Source of the DNA: Balanoglossus misakiensis | Lineage: Eukaryota; Animalia; Hemichordata | NCBI GenBank assembly: GCA_040954595.2 | Contig: CM082579.2 | Coordinates: 14,856,550-14,920,549 of the forward strand | Length of the DNA stretch: 64,000 nt | Reading direction: 5' to 3' | Shown: positions 34,225 to 47,612 of the stretch, one piece after another | How positions within the stretch are numbered: position 1 is the first letter of the stretch | Layout of the letters: each line of letters starts with the position of its first letter | Made by a program: the position numbers and the translations under genes | The notes under the pieces: model-generated | Database searches by the model: none | The model's input: only the letters and a program-made list of their open reading frames with translations | Told to the model about the DNA's origin: nothing

Positions 34225-37200
34225 AACATTAACCAGAGCACACAGTAACCAGGCCAGAGTGGCCAGTATCGTGCCCATTAATTTTGAGTGTTTGATGGGG
34301 GTCAACCTTTGCGTGAACATTAACCAGAGCACACAGTAACCAGGCCGTAGTGGACAGTGTTCTGCCCATTAATTTTGAGTGTTTGGTGGGGTCAACCTTT
34401 GCGTCAACATTAACCAGAGCACACAGTAACCAGGCCATAGTGGACAGTGTGCTGCCCATTAATTTTGAGTGTTTGGTGGGGTCAACCTTTGCATCAACAT
34501 TAACCAGAGCACACAGTAACCAGGCCGTAGTGGACAGTGTTCTGCCCATTAATTTTGAGTGTTTGGTGGGGTCAACCTTTGCGTCAACATTAACCAGAAC
34601 ACACAGTAACCAGGCCGTAGTGGACAGTGTTCTGCCCATTAATTTTGAGTGTTTGGTGGGGTCAACCTTTGCGTCAACATTAACCAGAGCACACAGTAAC
34701 CAGGCCGTAGTGGACAGTGTTCTGCCCATTAATTTTGAGTGTTTGGTGGGGTCAACCTTTGCGTCAACATTAACTAGGCCAGAGTGGCCAGTATCGTGCC
34801 CATTAATTTTTAGTGTTTGGTGGGGTCAACCTTTGCGTCAACATTAACTAGGCCAGAGTGGCCAGTATCGTGCCCATCAATTTTGAGTGTTTGGTGGGGT
34901 CAACCTTTGCGTCAACATTAACTAGGCCAGAGTGGCCAGTATCGTGCCCATTAATTTTGAGTGTTTGGTGGGGTCAACCTTTGCGTCAACATTAACTAGG
35001 CCAGAGTGGCCAGTATCGTGCACATTAATTTTGAGTGTTTGGTGGGGGTCAACCTTTGCCTCAACATTAACCAGAGCACACAGTAACCAGGCCGTAGTGG
35101 ACAGTGTTCTGCCCATTAATTTTGAGTGTTTGGTGGGGTCAACCTTTGCGTCAACATTAACCAGAGCACACAGTAACCAGGCCATAGTGGACAGTGTGCT
35201 GCCCATTAATTTTGAGTGTTTGGTGGGGTCAACCTTTGCGTCAACATTAACCAGAGCACACAGTAACAAGGCCATAGTGGACAGTGTTCTGCCCATTAAT
35301 TTTGAGTGTTTGGTGGGGTCAACCTTTGCGTCAACATTAACCAGAGCACACAGTAACCAGGCCGTAGTGGACAGTGTTCAGCCCATTAATTTTGAGTGTT
35401 TGGTGGGGTCAACCTTTGCGTCAACATTAACCAGAGCACACAGTAACCAGGCCGTAGTGGACAGTGTTCTGCCCATTAATTTTGAGTGTTTGGTGGGGTC
35501 AACCTTTGCGTCAACATTAACCAGAGCACACAGTAACCAGGCCATAGTGGACAGTGTTCTGCCCATTAATTTTGAGTGTTTGGTGGGGTCAACCTTTGCG
35601 TCAACATTAACCAGAGCACACAGTAACCAGGCCGTAGTGGACAGTGTTCTGCCCATTAATTTTGAGTGTTTGGTGGGGTCAACCTTTGCGTCAACATTAA
35701 CCAGAGCACACAGTAACCAGGCCATAGTGGACAGTGTGCTGCCCATTAATTTTGAGTGTTTGGTGGGGTCAACCTTTGCGTCAACATTAACCAGAGCACA
35801 CAGTAACCAGGCCGTAGTGGACAGTGTTCTGCCCATTAATTTTGAGTGTTTGGTGGGGTCAACCTTTGCGTCAACATTAACCAGAGCACACAGTAACCAG
35901 GCCATAGTGGACAGTGTTCTACCCATTTATTTTGAGTGTTTGGTGGGGTCAACCTTTGCGTCAACATTAACCAGAGCACACAGTAACCAGGCCGTAGTGG
36001 AAAGTGTTCTGCCCATTAATTTTGAGTGTTTGGCGGGGTCAACCTTTGCGTCAACATTAACCAGAGCACACAGTAACCAGGCCGTAGTGGACAGTGTTCT
36101 GCCCATTAATTTTGAGTGTTTGGTGGGGTCAACCTTTGCGTCAACATTAACCAGAGCACACAGTAACCAGGCCAGAGTGGCCAGTATCGTGCCCATTAAT
36201 TTTGAGTGTTTGATGGGGGTCAACCTTTGCGTCAACATTAACCAGAGCACACAGTAACCAGGCCGTAGTGGACAGTGTTCTGCCCATTAATTTTGAGTGT
36301 TTGGTGGGGTCAACCTTTGCGTCAACATTAACCAGAGCACACAGTAACCAGGCCGTAGTGGACAGTGTTCTGCCCATTAATTTTGAGTGTTTGGTGGGGT
36401 CAACCTTTGCGTCAACATTAACCAGAGCACACAGTAACCAGGCCAGAGTGGCCAGTATCGTGCCCATTAATTTTGAGTGTTTGATGGGGGTCAACCTTTG
36501 CGTCAACATTAACCAGAGCACACAGTAACCAGGCCGTAGTGGACAGTGTTCTGCCCATTAATTTTGAGTGTTTGGTGGGGTCAACCTTTGCGTCAACATT
36601 AACCAGAGCACACAGTAACCAGGCCATAGTGGACAGTGTGCTGCCCATTAATTTTGAGTGTTTGGTGGGGTCAACCTTTGCGTCAACATTAACCAGAGCA
36701 CACAGTAACCAGGCCGTAGTGGACAGTGTTCTTCCCATTAATTTTGAGTGTTTGGTGGGGTCAACCTTTGCGTCAACATTAACCAGAGCACACAGTAACC
36801 AGGCCGTAGTGGACAGTATTCTGCCCATTAATTTTGAGTGTTTGGTGGGGTCAACCTTTGCGTCAACATTAACCAGAGCATACAGTAACCAGGCCGTAGT
36901 GGACAGTGTTCTGCCCATTAATTTTGAGGGTTTGGTGGGGTCAACCTTTGCGTCAACATTAACTAGGCCAGAGTGGCCAGTATCGTGCCCATTAATTTTG
37001 AGTGTTTGGTGGGGTCAACCTTTGCGTCAACATTAACTAGGCCAGAGTGGCCAGTATCGTGCCCATTAATTTTGAGTGTTTGGTGGGGTCAACCTTTGCG
37101 TCAACATTAACTAGGCCAGAGTGGCCAGTATCGTGCCCATTAATTTTGAGTGTTTGGTGGGGTCAACCTTTGCGTCAACATTAACTAGGCCAGAGTGGCC

Positions 37201-40200
37201 AGTATCGTGCCCATTAATTTTGAGTGTTTGGTGGGGTCAACCTTTGCGTCAACATTAACTAGGCCAGAGTGGCCAGTATCGTGCCCATTAATTTTGAGTG
37301 TTTGGTGGGGTCAACCTTTGCGTCAACATTAACCAGAGCACACAGTAACCAGGCCGTAGTGGACAGTGTTCTGCCCATTAATTTTGAGTGTTTGGTGGGG
37401 TCAACCTTTGCGTCAACATTAACCAGAGCACACAGTAACCAGGCCATAGTGGACAGTGTGCTGCCCATTAATTTTGAGTGTTTGGTGGGGTCAACCTTTG
37501 AGTCAACATTAACCAGAGCACACAGTAACCAGGCCATAGTGGACAGTGTTCTGCCCATTAATTTTGAGTGTTTGGTGGGGTCAACCTTTGCGTCAACATT
37601 AACCAGAGCACACAGTAACCAGGCCGTAGTGGACAGTGTTCTGCCCATTAATTTTGAGTGTTTGGTGGGGTCAACCTTTGCGTCAACATTAACCAGAGCA
37701 CACAGTAACCAGGCCGTAGTGGACAGTGTTCTGCCCATTAATTTTGAGTGTTTGGTGGGGTCAACCTTTGCGTCAACATTAACCAGAGCACACAGTAACC
37801 AGGCCATAGTGGACAGTGTTCTGCCCATTAATTTTGAGTGTTTGGTGGGGTCAACCTTTGCGTCAACATTAACCAGAGCACACAGTAACCAGGCCGTAGT
37901 GGACAGTGTTCTGCCCATTAATTTTGAGTGTTTGGTGGGGTCAACCTTTGCGTCAACATTAACCAGAGCACACAGTAACCAGGCCATAGTGGACAGTGTG
38001 CTGCCCATTAATTTTGAGTGTTTGGTGGGGTCAACCTTTGCGTCAACATTAACCAGAGCACACAGTAACCAGGCCGTAGTGGACAGTGTTCTGGCCATTA
38101 ATTTTGAGTGTTTGGTGGGGTCAACCTTTGCGTCAACATTAACCAGAGCACACAGTAACCAGGGCGTAGTGGACAGTGTTCTGGCCATTAATTTTGAGTG
38201 TTTGGTGGGGTCAACCTTTGCGTCAACATTAACCAGAGCACACAGTAACCAGGGCGTAGTGGACAGTGTTCTGGCCATTAATTTTGAGTGTTTGGTGGGG
38301 TCAACCTTTGCGTCAACATTAACCAGAGCACACAGTAACCAGGCCGTAGTGGACAGTGTTCTGGCCATTAATTTTGAGTGTTTGGTGGGGTCAACCTTTG
38401 CGTCAACATTAACCAGAGCACACAGTAACCAGGCCGTAGTGGACAGTGTTCTGGCCATTAATTTTGAGTGTTTGGTGGGGTCAACCTTTGCGTCAACATT
38501 AACCAGAGCACACAGTAACCAGGCCGTAGTGGACAGTGTTCTGGCCATTAATTTTGAGTGTTTGGTGGGGTCAACCTTTGCGTCAACATTAACCAGAGCA
38601 CACAGTAACCAGGCCGTAGTGGACAGTGTTCTGCCCATTAATTTTGAGTGTTTGGTGGGGTCAACCTTTGCGTCAACATTAACCAGAGCACACAGTAACC
38701 AGGCCGTAGTGGACAGTGTTCTGCCCATTAATTTTGAGTGTTTGGTGGGGTCAACCTTTGCGTCAACATTAACCAGAGCACACAGTAACCAGGCCATAGT
38801 GGACAGTGTGCTGCCCATTAATTTTGAGTGTTTGGTTGGGTCAACCTTTGCGTCAACATTAACCAGAGCACACAGTAACCAGGCCGTAGTGGACAGTGTT
38901 CTGCCCATTAATTTTGAGTGTTTGGTGGGGTCAACCTTTGCGTCAACATTAACCAGAGCACACAGTAACCAGGCCGTAGTGGACAGTGTTCTGCCCATTA
39001 ATTTTGAGTGTTTGGTGGGGTCAACCTTTGCGTCAACATTAACCAGAGCACACAGTAACCAGGCCGTAGTGGACAGTGTTCTGCCCATTAATTTTGAGTG
39101 TTTGGTGGGGTCAACCTTTGCGTCAACATTAACCAGAGCACACAGTAACCAGGCCGTAGTGGACAGTGTTCTGCCCATTAATTTTGAGTGTTTGGTGGGG
39201 TCAACCTTTGCGTCAACATTAACCAGAGCACACAGTAACCAGGCCGTAGTGGACAGTGTTCTGCCCATTAATTTTGAGTGTTTGGTGGGGTCAACCTTTG
39301 CGTCAACATTAACCAGAGCACACAGTAACCAGGCCATAGTGGACAGTGTTCTGCCCATTAATTTTGAGTGTTTGGTGGGGTCAACCTTTGCGTCAACATT
39401 AACCAGAGCACACAGTAACCAGGCCGTAGTGGACAGTGTTCTGCCCATTAATTTTGAGTGTTTGGTGGGGTCAACCTTTGCGTCAACATTAACCAGAGCA
39501 CACAGTAACCAGGCCATAGTGGACAGTGTGCTGCCCATTAATTTTGAGTGTTTGGTGGGGTCAACCTTTGCGTCAACATTAACCAGAGCACAGAGTAACC
39601 AGGCCATAGTGGACAGTGTTCTGCCCATTAATTTTGAGTGTTTGGTGGGGTCAACCTTTGCGTCAACATTAATCAGAGCACACAGTAACCAGGCCGTAGT
39701 GGACAGTGTTCTGCCCATTAATTTTGAGTGTTTGGTGGGGTCAACCTTTGCGTCAACATTAACCAGAGCACACAGTAACCAGGCCATAGTGGACAGTGTT
39801 CTGCCCATTAATTTTGAGTGTTTGGTGGGGTCAACCTTTGCGTCAACATTAACCAGAGCACACAGTAACCAGGCCGTAGTGGACAGTGTTCTTCCCATTA
39901 ATTTTGAGTGTTTGGTGGGGTCAACCTTGGCGTCAACATTAACTAGGCCAGAGTGGCCAGTATCGTGCCCATTAATTTTGAGTGTTTGGTGGGGTCAACC
40001 TTTGCGTCAACATTAACTAGGCCAGAGTGGCCAGTATCGTGCCCATTATTTTTGAGTGTTTGGTGGGGTCAACCTTTGCGTCAACATTAACTAGGCCAGA
40101 GTGGCCAGTATCGTGCCCATTAATTTTGAGTGTTTGGTGGGGTCAACCTTTGCATCAACATTAACTAGGCCAGAGTGGCCAGTATCGTGCCCATTAATTT

Positions 40201-43200
40201 TGAGTGTTTGGTGGGGGTCAACCTTTGCGTCAACATTAACCAGAGCACACAGTAACCAGGCCGTAGTGGACAGTGTTCTGCCCATTAATTTTGAGTGTTT
40301 GGTGGGGTCAACCTTTGCGTCAACATTAACCAGAGCACACAGTAACCAGGCCATAGTGGACAGTGTGCTGCCCATTAATTTTGAGTGTTTGGTGGGGTCA
40401 ACCTTTGCGTCAACATTAACCAGAGCACACAGTAACCAGGCCATAGTGGACAGTGTTCTGCCCATTAATTTTGAGTGTTTGGTGGGGTCAACCTTTGCGT
40501 CAACATTAACCAGAGCACACAGTAACCAGGCCGTAGTGGACAGTGTTCTGCCCATTAATTTTGAGTGTTTGGTGGGGTCAACCTTTGCGTCAACATTAAC
40601 CAGAGCACACAGTAACCAGGCCGTAGTGGACAGTGTTCTGCCCATTAATTTTGAGTGTTTGGTGGGGTCAACCTTTGCGTCAACATTAACCAGAGCACAC
40701 AGTAACCAGGCCATAGTGGACAGTGTTCTGCCCATTTATTTTGAGTGTTTGGTGGGGTCAACCTTTGCGTCAACATTAACCAGAGCACACAGTAACCAGG
40801 CCGTAGTGGACAGTGTTCTGCCCATTAATTTTGAGTGTTTGGTGGGGTCAACCTTTGCGTCAACATTAACCAGAGCACAGAGTAACCAGGCCATAGTGGA
40901 CAGTGTTCTGCCCATTAATTTTGAGTGTTTGGTGGGGTCAACCTTTGCATCAACATTAATCAGAGCACACAGTAACCAGGCCGTAGTGGACAGTGTTCTG
41001 CCCATTAATTTTGAGTGTTTGGTGGGGTCAACCTTTGCATCAACATTAACCAGAGCACACAGTAACCAGGCCATAGTGGACAGTGTTCTGCCCATTAATT
41101 TTGAGTGTTTGGTGGGGTCAACCTTTGCGTCAACATTAACCAGAGCACACAGTAACCAGGCCGTAGTGGACAGTGTTCTGCCCATTAATTTTGAGTGTTT
41201 GGTGGGGTCAACCTTTGCGTCAACATTAACTAGGCCAGAGTGGCCAGTATCGTGCCCATTAATTTTGAGTGTTTGGTGGGGTCAACCTTTGCGTCAACAT
41301 TAACTAGGCCAGAGTGGCCAGTATCGTGCCCATTAATTTTGAGTGTTTGGTGGGGTCAACCTTTGCGTCAACATTAACTAGGCCAGAGTGGCCAGTATCG
41401 TGCCCATTAATTTTGAGTGTTTGGTGGGGTCAACCTTTGCGTCAACATTAACTAGGCCAGAGTGGCCAGTATCGTGCCCATTAATTTTGAGTGTTTGGTG
41501 GGGGTCAACCTTTGCGTCAACATTAACCAGAGCACACAGTAACCAGGCCGTAGTGGACAGTGTTCTGCCCATTAATTTTGAGTGTTTGGTGGGGTCAACC
41601 TTTGCGTCAACATTAACCAGAGCACACAGTAACCAGGCCATAGTGGACAGTGTGCTGCCCATTAATTTTGAGTGTTTGGTGGGGTCAACCTTTGCGTCAA
41701 CATTAACCAGAGCACACAGTAACCAGGCCATAGTGGACAGTGTTCTGCCCATTAATTTTGAGTGTTTGGTGGGGTCAACCTTTGCGTCAACATTAACCAG
41801 AGCACACAGTAACCAGGCCGTAGTGGACAGTGTTCTGCCCATTAATTTTGAGTGTTTGGTGGGGTCAACCTTTGCGTCAACATTAACCAGAGCACACAGT
41901 AACCAGGCCGTAGTGGACAGTGTTCTGCCCATTAATTTTGAGTGTTTGGTGGGGTCAACCTTTGCGTCAACATTAACCAGAGCACACAGTAACCAGGCCG
42001 TAGTGGACAGTGTTCTGCCCATTAATTTTGAGTGTTTGGTGGGGTCAACCTTTGCGTCAACATAGACCAGAGCACACAGTAACCAGGCCGTAGTGGACAG
42101 TGTTCTGCCCATTAATTTTGAGTGTTTGGTGGGGTCAACCTTTGCGTCAACATTAACCAGAGCACACAGTAACCAGGCCATAGTGGACAGTGTGCTGCCC
42201 ATTAATTTTGAGTGTTTGGTGGGGTCAACCTTTGCGTCAACATTAACCAGAGCACACAGTAACCAGGCCATAGTGGACAGTGTTCTGCCCATTAATTTTG
42301 AGTGTTTGGTGGGGTCAACCTTTGCGTCAACATTAACCAGAGCACACAGTAACCAGGCCATAGTGGACAGTATGCTGCCCATTGATTTTGAGTGTTTGGT
42401 GGCGTCAACCTTTGCGTCAACATTAACCAGAGCACACAATAACCAGGCCGTAGTGGACAGTGTTCTGCCCATTAATTTTGAGTGTTTGGTGGTGTCAACC
42501 TTTGCGTCAACATTAACCAGAGCACACAGTAACCAGGCCATAGTGGACAGTGTGCTGCCCATTAATTTTGAGTGTTTGGTGGGGTCAACCTTTGCGTCAA
42601 CATTAACCAGAGCACACAGTAACCAGGCCATAGTGGACAGTGTTCTGCCCATTAATTTTGAGTGTTTGGTGGGGTCAACCTTTGCGTCAACATTAACCAG
42701 AGCACACAGTAACCAGTCCGTAGTGGACAGTGTGCTGCCCATTAATTTTGAGTGTTTGGTGGGGTCAACCTTTGCGTCAACATTAACTAGGCCAGAGTGG
42801 CCAGTATCGTGCCCATTAATTTTGAGTGTTTGGTGGGGGTCAACCTTTGCGTCAACATTAACTAGGCCAGAGTGGCCAGTATCGTGCCCATTAATTTTGA
42901 GTGTTTGGTGGGGGTCAACCTTTGCGTCAACATTAACTAGGCCAGAGTGTCCAGTATCCTGCCCATTAATTTTGAGTGTTTGGTGGGGTCAACCTTTGCA
43001 TCAACATTAACCAGAGCACACAGTAACCAGGCCATAGTGGACAGTGTTCTGCCCATTAATTTTGAGTGTTTGGTGGGGTCAACCTTTGCGTCAACATTAA
43101 CCAGAGCACACAGTAACCAGGCCATAGTGGACAGTGTGCTGCCCATTAATTTTGAGTGTTTGGTGGGGTCAACCTTTGCGTCAACATAGACCAGAGCACA

Positions 43201-44950
43201 CAGTAACCAGGCCGTAGTGGACAGTGTTCTGCCCATTAATTTTAAGTGTTTGGTGGGGTCAACCTTTGCGTCAACATTAACCAGAGCACACAGTAACCAG
43301 GCCATAGTGGACAGTGTGCTGCCCATTAATTTTGAGTGTTTGGTGGGGTCAACCTTTGCGTCAACATTAACCAGAGCACACAGTAACCAGGCCATAGTGG
43401 ACAGTGTTCTGCCCATTAATTTTGAGTGTTTGGTGGGGTCAACCTTTGCGTCAACATTAACCAGAGCACACAGTAACCAGGCCATATAGGACAGTATGCT
43501 GCCCATTAATTTTGAGTGTATGGTGGGGTCAACCTTTGCGTCAACATTAACCAGAGCACACAGTAACCAGGCCGTAGTGGACAGTGTTCTGCCCATTAAT
43601 TTTGAGTGTTTGGTGGGGTCAACCTTTGCGTCAACATTAACCAGAGCACACAGTAACCAGGCCATAGTGGACAGTGTTCTGCCCATTAATTTTGAGTGTT
43701 TGGTGGGGTCAACCTTTGCGTCAACATTAACTAGGCCAGAGTGGCCAGTATCGTGCCCATTAATTTTGAGTGTTTGGTGGGGGTCAACCTTTGCGTCAAC
43801 ATTAACTAGGCCAGAGTGGCCAGTATCCTGCCCATTAATTTTGAGTGTTTGGTGGGGGTTAACCTTTGCGTCAACATTAACTAGGCCAGAGTGGCCAGTA
43901 TCCTGCCCATTAATTTTGAGTGTTTGGTGGGGTCAACCTTTGCATCAACATTAACCAGAGCACACAGTAACCAGGCCATAGTGGACAGTGTTCTGCCCAT
44001 TAATTTTGAGTGTTTGGTGGGGTCAACCTTTGCATCAACATTAACCAGAGCACACAGTAACCAGGCCGTAGTGGACAGTGTGCTGCCCATTAATTTTGAG
44101 TGTTTGGTGGGGTCAACCTTTGCGTCAACATTAACTAGGCCAGAGTGGCCAGTATCGTGCCCATTAATTTTGAGTGTTTGGTGGGGGTCAACCTTTGCGT
44201 CAACATTAACTAGGCCAGAGTGGCCAGTATCCTGCCCATTAATTTTGAGTGTTTGGTGGAGTCAACCTTTGCATCAACATTAACCAGAGCACACAGTAAC
44301 CAGGCCATAGTGGACAGTGTTCTGCCCATTAATTTTGAGTGTTTGGTGGGGTCAACCTTTGCATCAACATTAACCAGAGCACACAGTAACCAGGCCGTAG
44401 TGGACAGTGTGCTGCCCATTAATTTTGAGTGTTTGGTGGGGTCAACCTTTGCGTCAACATTAACCAGAGCACACAGTAACCAGGCCATAGTGGACAGTGT
44501 TCTGCCCATTAATTTTGAGTGTTTGGTGGGGTCAACCTTTTCATCAACATTAACCAGAGCACACAGTAACCAGGCCGTAGTGGACAGTGTACTGCCCATT
44601 AATTTTGAGTGTTTGGTGGGGTCAACCTTTGCGTCAACATTAACCAGAGCACACAGTAACCAGGCCATAGTGGACAGTATGCTGCCCATTGATTTTGAGT
44701 GTTTGGTGGGGTCAACCTTTGCGTCAACATTAACTAGGCCAGAGTGGCCAGTATCGTGCCCATTAATTTTGAGTGTTTGGTGGGGTCAACCTTTGCGTCT
44801 ACATTAACTAGGCCAGAGTGGCCAGTATGCTGCCTATTAATTTTGAGTGTTTGGTGGGGTCAACCTTTGCGTCAACATTAAGCAGGCCAGACAGTAACCA
44901 GGCCAGAGTGGACAGTATCCTGCCTATTAATTTTGAGTGATTTGTGGGTC
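34225..44950. repeat. Satellite array of 90-bp monomers punctuated by clusters of a 74-bp variant
   Basis: Monomer TTAACCAGAGCACACAGTAACCAGGCCRTAGTGGACAGTGTKCTGCCCATTAATTTTGAGTGTTTGGTGGGGTCAACCTTTGCGTCAACA (90 bp); variant TTAACTAGGCCAGAGTGGCCAGTATCGTGCCC... (74 bp). Roughly 120 near-identical units, with no variable spacers. Confidence 0.98.
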
Positions 44951-45362
44951 AATTTGATCAAATACTGCCTACCGCTGGCGCTGCATATTTGAAGAAATGT
45001 GAAAAGATGGCAAGACAGGTTTGGTAAATGTGGGCCCCCTAACTGAAGCAAAAGCACAAACTTAAAACAAAGATATGAATTTGGAAGAGTTTTATTTAAT
45101 ACATATGAAAAATAATGAAGACTTATGCTTCAAAGTAAGTATCGACGGAGTCGAACCGCCAATGCTGCAATGGCATTATACCCATAATACTTTTTTGCTT
45201 TTTGCATGAATTTCATTATTTTTCATATGCTGTGCAGCTAAAGTGTGGCTAGATGACTAACTGCTGATGTAAAATATCTTGCATACCAATTTGGAACAAT
45301 TACCCCAAGTAGTGGTCAAACAGAAACAATGCTTGCATTCAATTTAAAACAAGGTGACAAAA

Positions 45363-45469
45363 GTGGTTGAAATGAAACAATAAGCAAAAACAGTGTTTAT
45401 CAAACTGAAATAATGTGGTCGAAATGAAACAATGAGCAAAAACAGTGTTTATCAAACTGAAATAATGTG
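45363..45469. repeat. 52-bp tandem duplication
   Basis: GTGGTYGAAATGAAACAATRAGCAAAAACAGTGTTTATCAAACTGAAATAAT occurs twice. Confidence 0.85.
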
Positions 45470-45896
45470 CCAAAATAGCTCCTGTTGATATTGCACAAAA
45501 TTAACTGTTGCATTCTACCCTTGAGTTAATTTTTATTTCCAGGCAATTATGTGCTTAATACTAAATATTATCTATGGGTACAAACCATCAGTTTCTTAAG
45601 TGCAAATCGCAAGAAGCTCCCCCATACAATTTTAGTGTTTTTTTAAATCAAGCAAGATAATTACATACTGTGTGATAAACTAACTAACTTTACGCGCCTG
45701 GGGACAGTTAAAAACCTCGAGCCAAATATAAAATGAGGAAAAACTGCCCCCTCCCCCGTTGTGAATTTTAAAAGGTTGGGGCTCAAACTAACCAGAATTG
45801 TCTTGCCGACTCCTATTTTTCTGTGTACATTTTGATGTATTGTTGTTACGCGAGATTGAGGATTCGTGTTGATGCGGGAATTACGATGACGAAAGC

Positions 45897-46093
45897 AAAA
45901 AATCCATCGGCGAATCAAACGGGCACACGGCGAAATTCCATTACACGACGATCCAACTGCGATGAAGAACGCGAACGCGGGTAACGTTGTAAAAAATCCA
46001 TCGGCGAATCAAACGGGCACACGGCGAAATTCCATTACATGACGAGCGACCTGCAATGAAGAACGCGAACGCGGGTAACGCTGCAAAAAATCC
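45897..46093. repeat. 94-bp CpG-rich tandem duplication
   Basis: AAAAAATCCATCGGCGAATCAAACGGGCACACGGCGAAATTCCATTACA at 45897 and 45991. Confidence 0.9.
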
Positions 46094-46517
46094 GCAGACA
46101 ATTATTACACGAATGCATAGCAACAATTATTTTACCCAACCTGACACTAATAAATTACCCAATGATTTTAAATTTCTTATTATTACACCCCAACTAATCA
46201 TTATACCTTTGTAATATTAACACCGTTTATACACATCCAATAATGTTTATACCATCAAGTTAATACCATTTTATTATTATTATACCACCAAAACCATGTG
46301 TTACCCATTTTTTTTATTATTACACCATTGATGTTAACACCTTTATATATTATACCGGTATTTACCCTCTGTACATGTACAGTTTTTATTTACCACGTGG
46401 CATTACTCATGTTTTTATAGTATTTTAATTACTTATCATACCCTTGAAACCATAATATTATACCCTTGCAGACAGTTTTATTATAGTACCCTTGTGCACA
46501 ATGTCTTATTAGTCATC

Positions 46518-46692
46518 ATACACCAACCCTTCACCATTTCATTAGATTATACCATTTTTATTAGCCTAACCTGTTTATACACCAACCCTTCACCATTCCG
46601 TTAGATTATACCATTTTTTATTACCCTAACATATTCATACACCAACCCTTTACCATTCCCTCAGATTAAACCATTTTTATTAGCCTAACCTA
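46518..46692. repeat. ~60-bp tandem repeat x3 in a G-poor tract
   Basis: ATACACCAACCCTT...AGATTATACCATTTTTATTAGCCTAAC at about 46518, 46577 and 46637. Confidence 0.85.
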
Positions 46693-46876
46693 TTGACAGC
46701 ATCCCTCTGGTTTTGATATTGTTATATGGTGCGGCGTTGTTGTAGATATTGATTAGACTCCCTCCGGCGATGATAATACCAATGAACCTATTGAAAAAAA
46801 AGAATGAATATTATTAATTAGATCAGATCAACAAATCATGGCGTCGTTCATCCCTCTGGTCACAGGAGCATCATCT

Positions 46877-47612
46877 GGCGTCGTTACAGGTTTAAGTTCA
46901 TCCCTCCAGTACAGTATAAGGTGGCGGCGTCGTTACAAGTATTAAGTTCATCTCTCCAGTACAGTATTAGGTGGCGGCGTCGTTACAAGTATTAACTTCA
47001 TCTCTCCAGTACAGTATTAGGTGGCGGCGTCGTTACAAGTATTAACTTCATCTCTCCAGTACAGTATTAGGTGGCGGCGTCGTTACAAGTTTAAGTTCAT
47101 CCCTCCAGTACAGTATTAGGTGGCGGCGTCGTTACAAGTATTAACTTCATCTCTCCAGTACAGTATTAGGTGGCGGCGTCGTTACAAGTATTAACTTCAT
47201 CTCTCCAGTACAGTATTAGGTGGCGGCGTCGTTACAAGTATTAACTTCATCTCTCCAGTACAGTATTAGGTGGCGGCGTCGTTACAAGTATTAACTTCAT
47301 CTCTCCAGTACAGTATTAGGTGGCGGCGTCGTTACAAGTATTAAGTTCATCTCTCCAGTACAGTATTAGGTGGCGGCGTCGTTACAAGTATTAAGTTCAT
47401 CACTCCAGTACAGTATTAGGTGGCGGCGTCGTTACAAGTATTAACTTCATCTCTCCAGTACAGTATTAGGTGGCGGCGTCGTTACAAGTATTAACTTCAT
47501 CTCTCCAGTACAGTATTAGGTGGCGGCGTCGTTACAAGTTTAAGTTCATACCTCCAGTACAGTATTAGGTGGCGACGTCGTTACAAATATTACACTCCCT
47601 CCAGCAGCAGTG
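46877..47612. repeat. 50-bp minisatellite, about 14-15 copies
   Basis: GTGGCGGCGTCGTTACAAGTATTAACTTCATCTCTCCAGTACAGTATTAG repeated in tandem, with diverged edge units. Confidence 0.97.

Noticed and set aside
34225-44950. CRISPR array or genuine repeat-protein gene
   Set aside because: There are no unique spacers and no cas genes. The ORFs have no unique termini and are broken by 74-bp units and stops.
46877-47612. CRISPR-like or coding repeat
   Set aside because: The units are contiguous and near-identical with no spacers, and 50 bp is not a multiple of 3.
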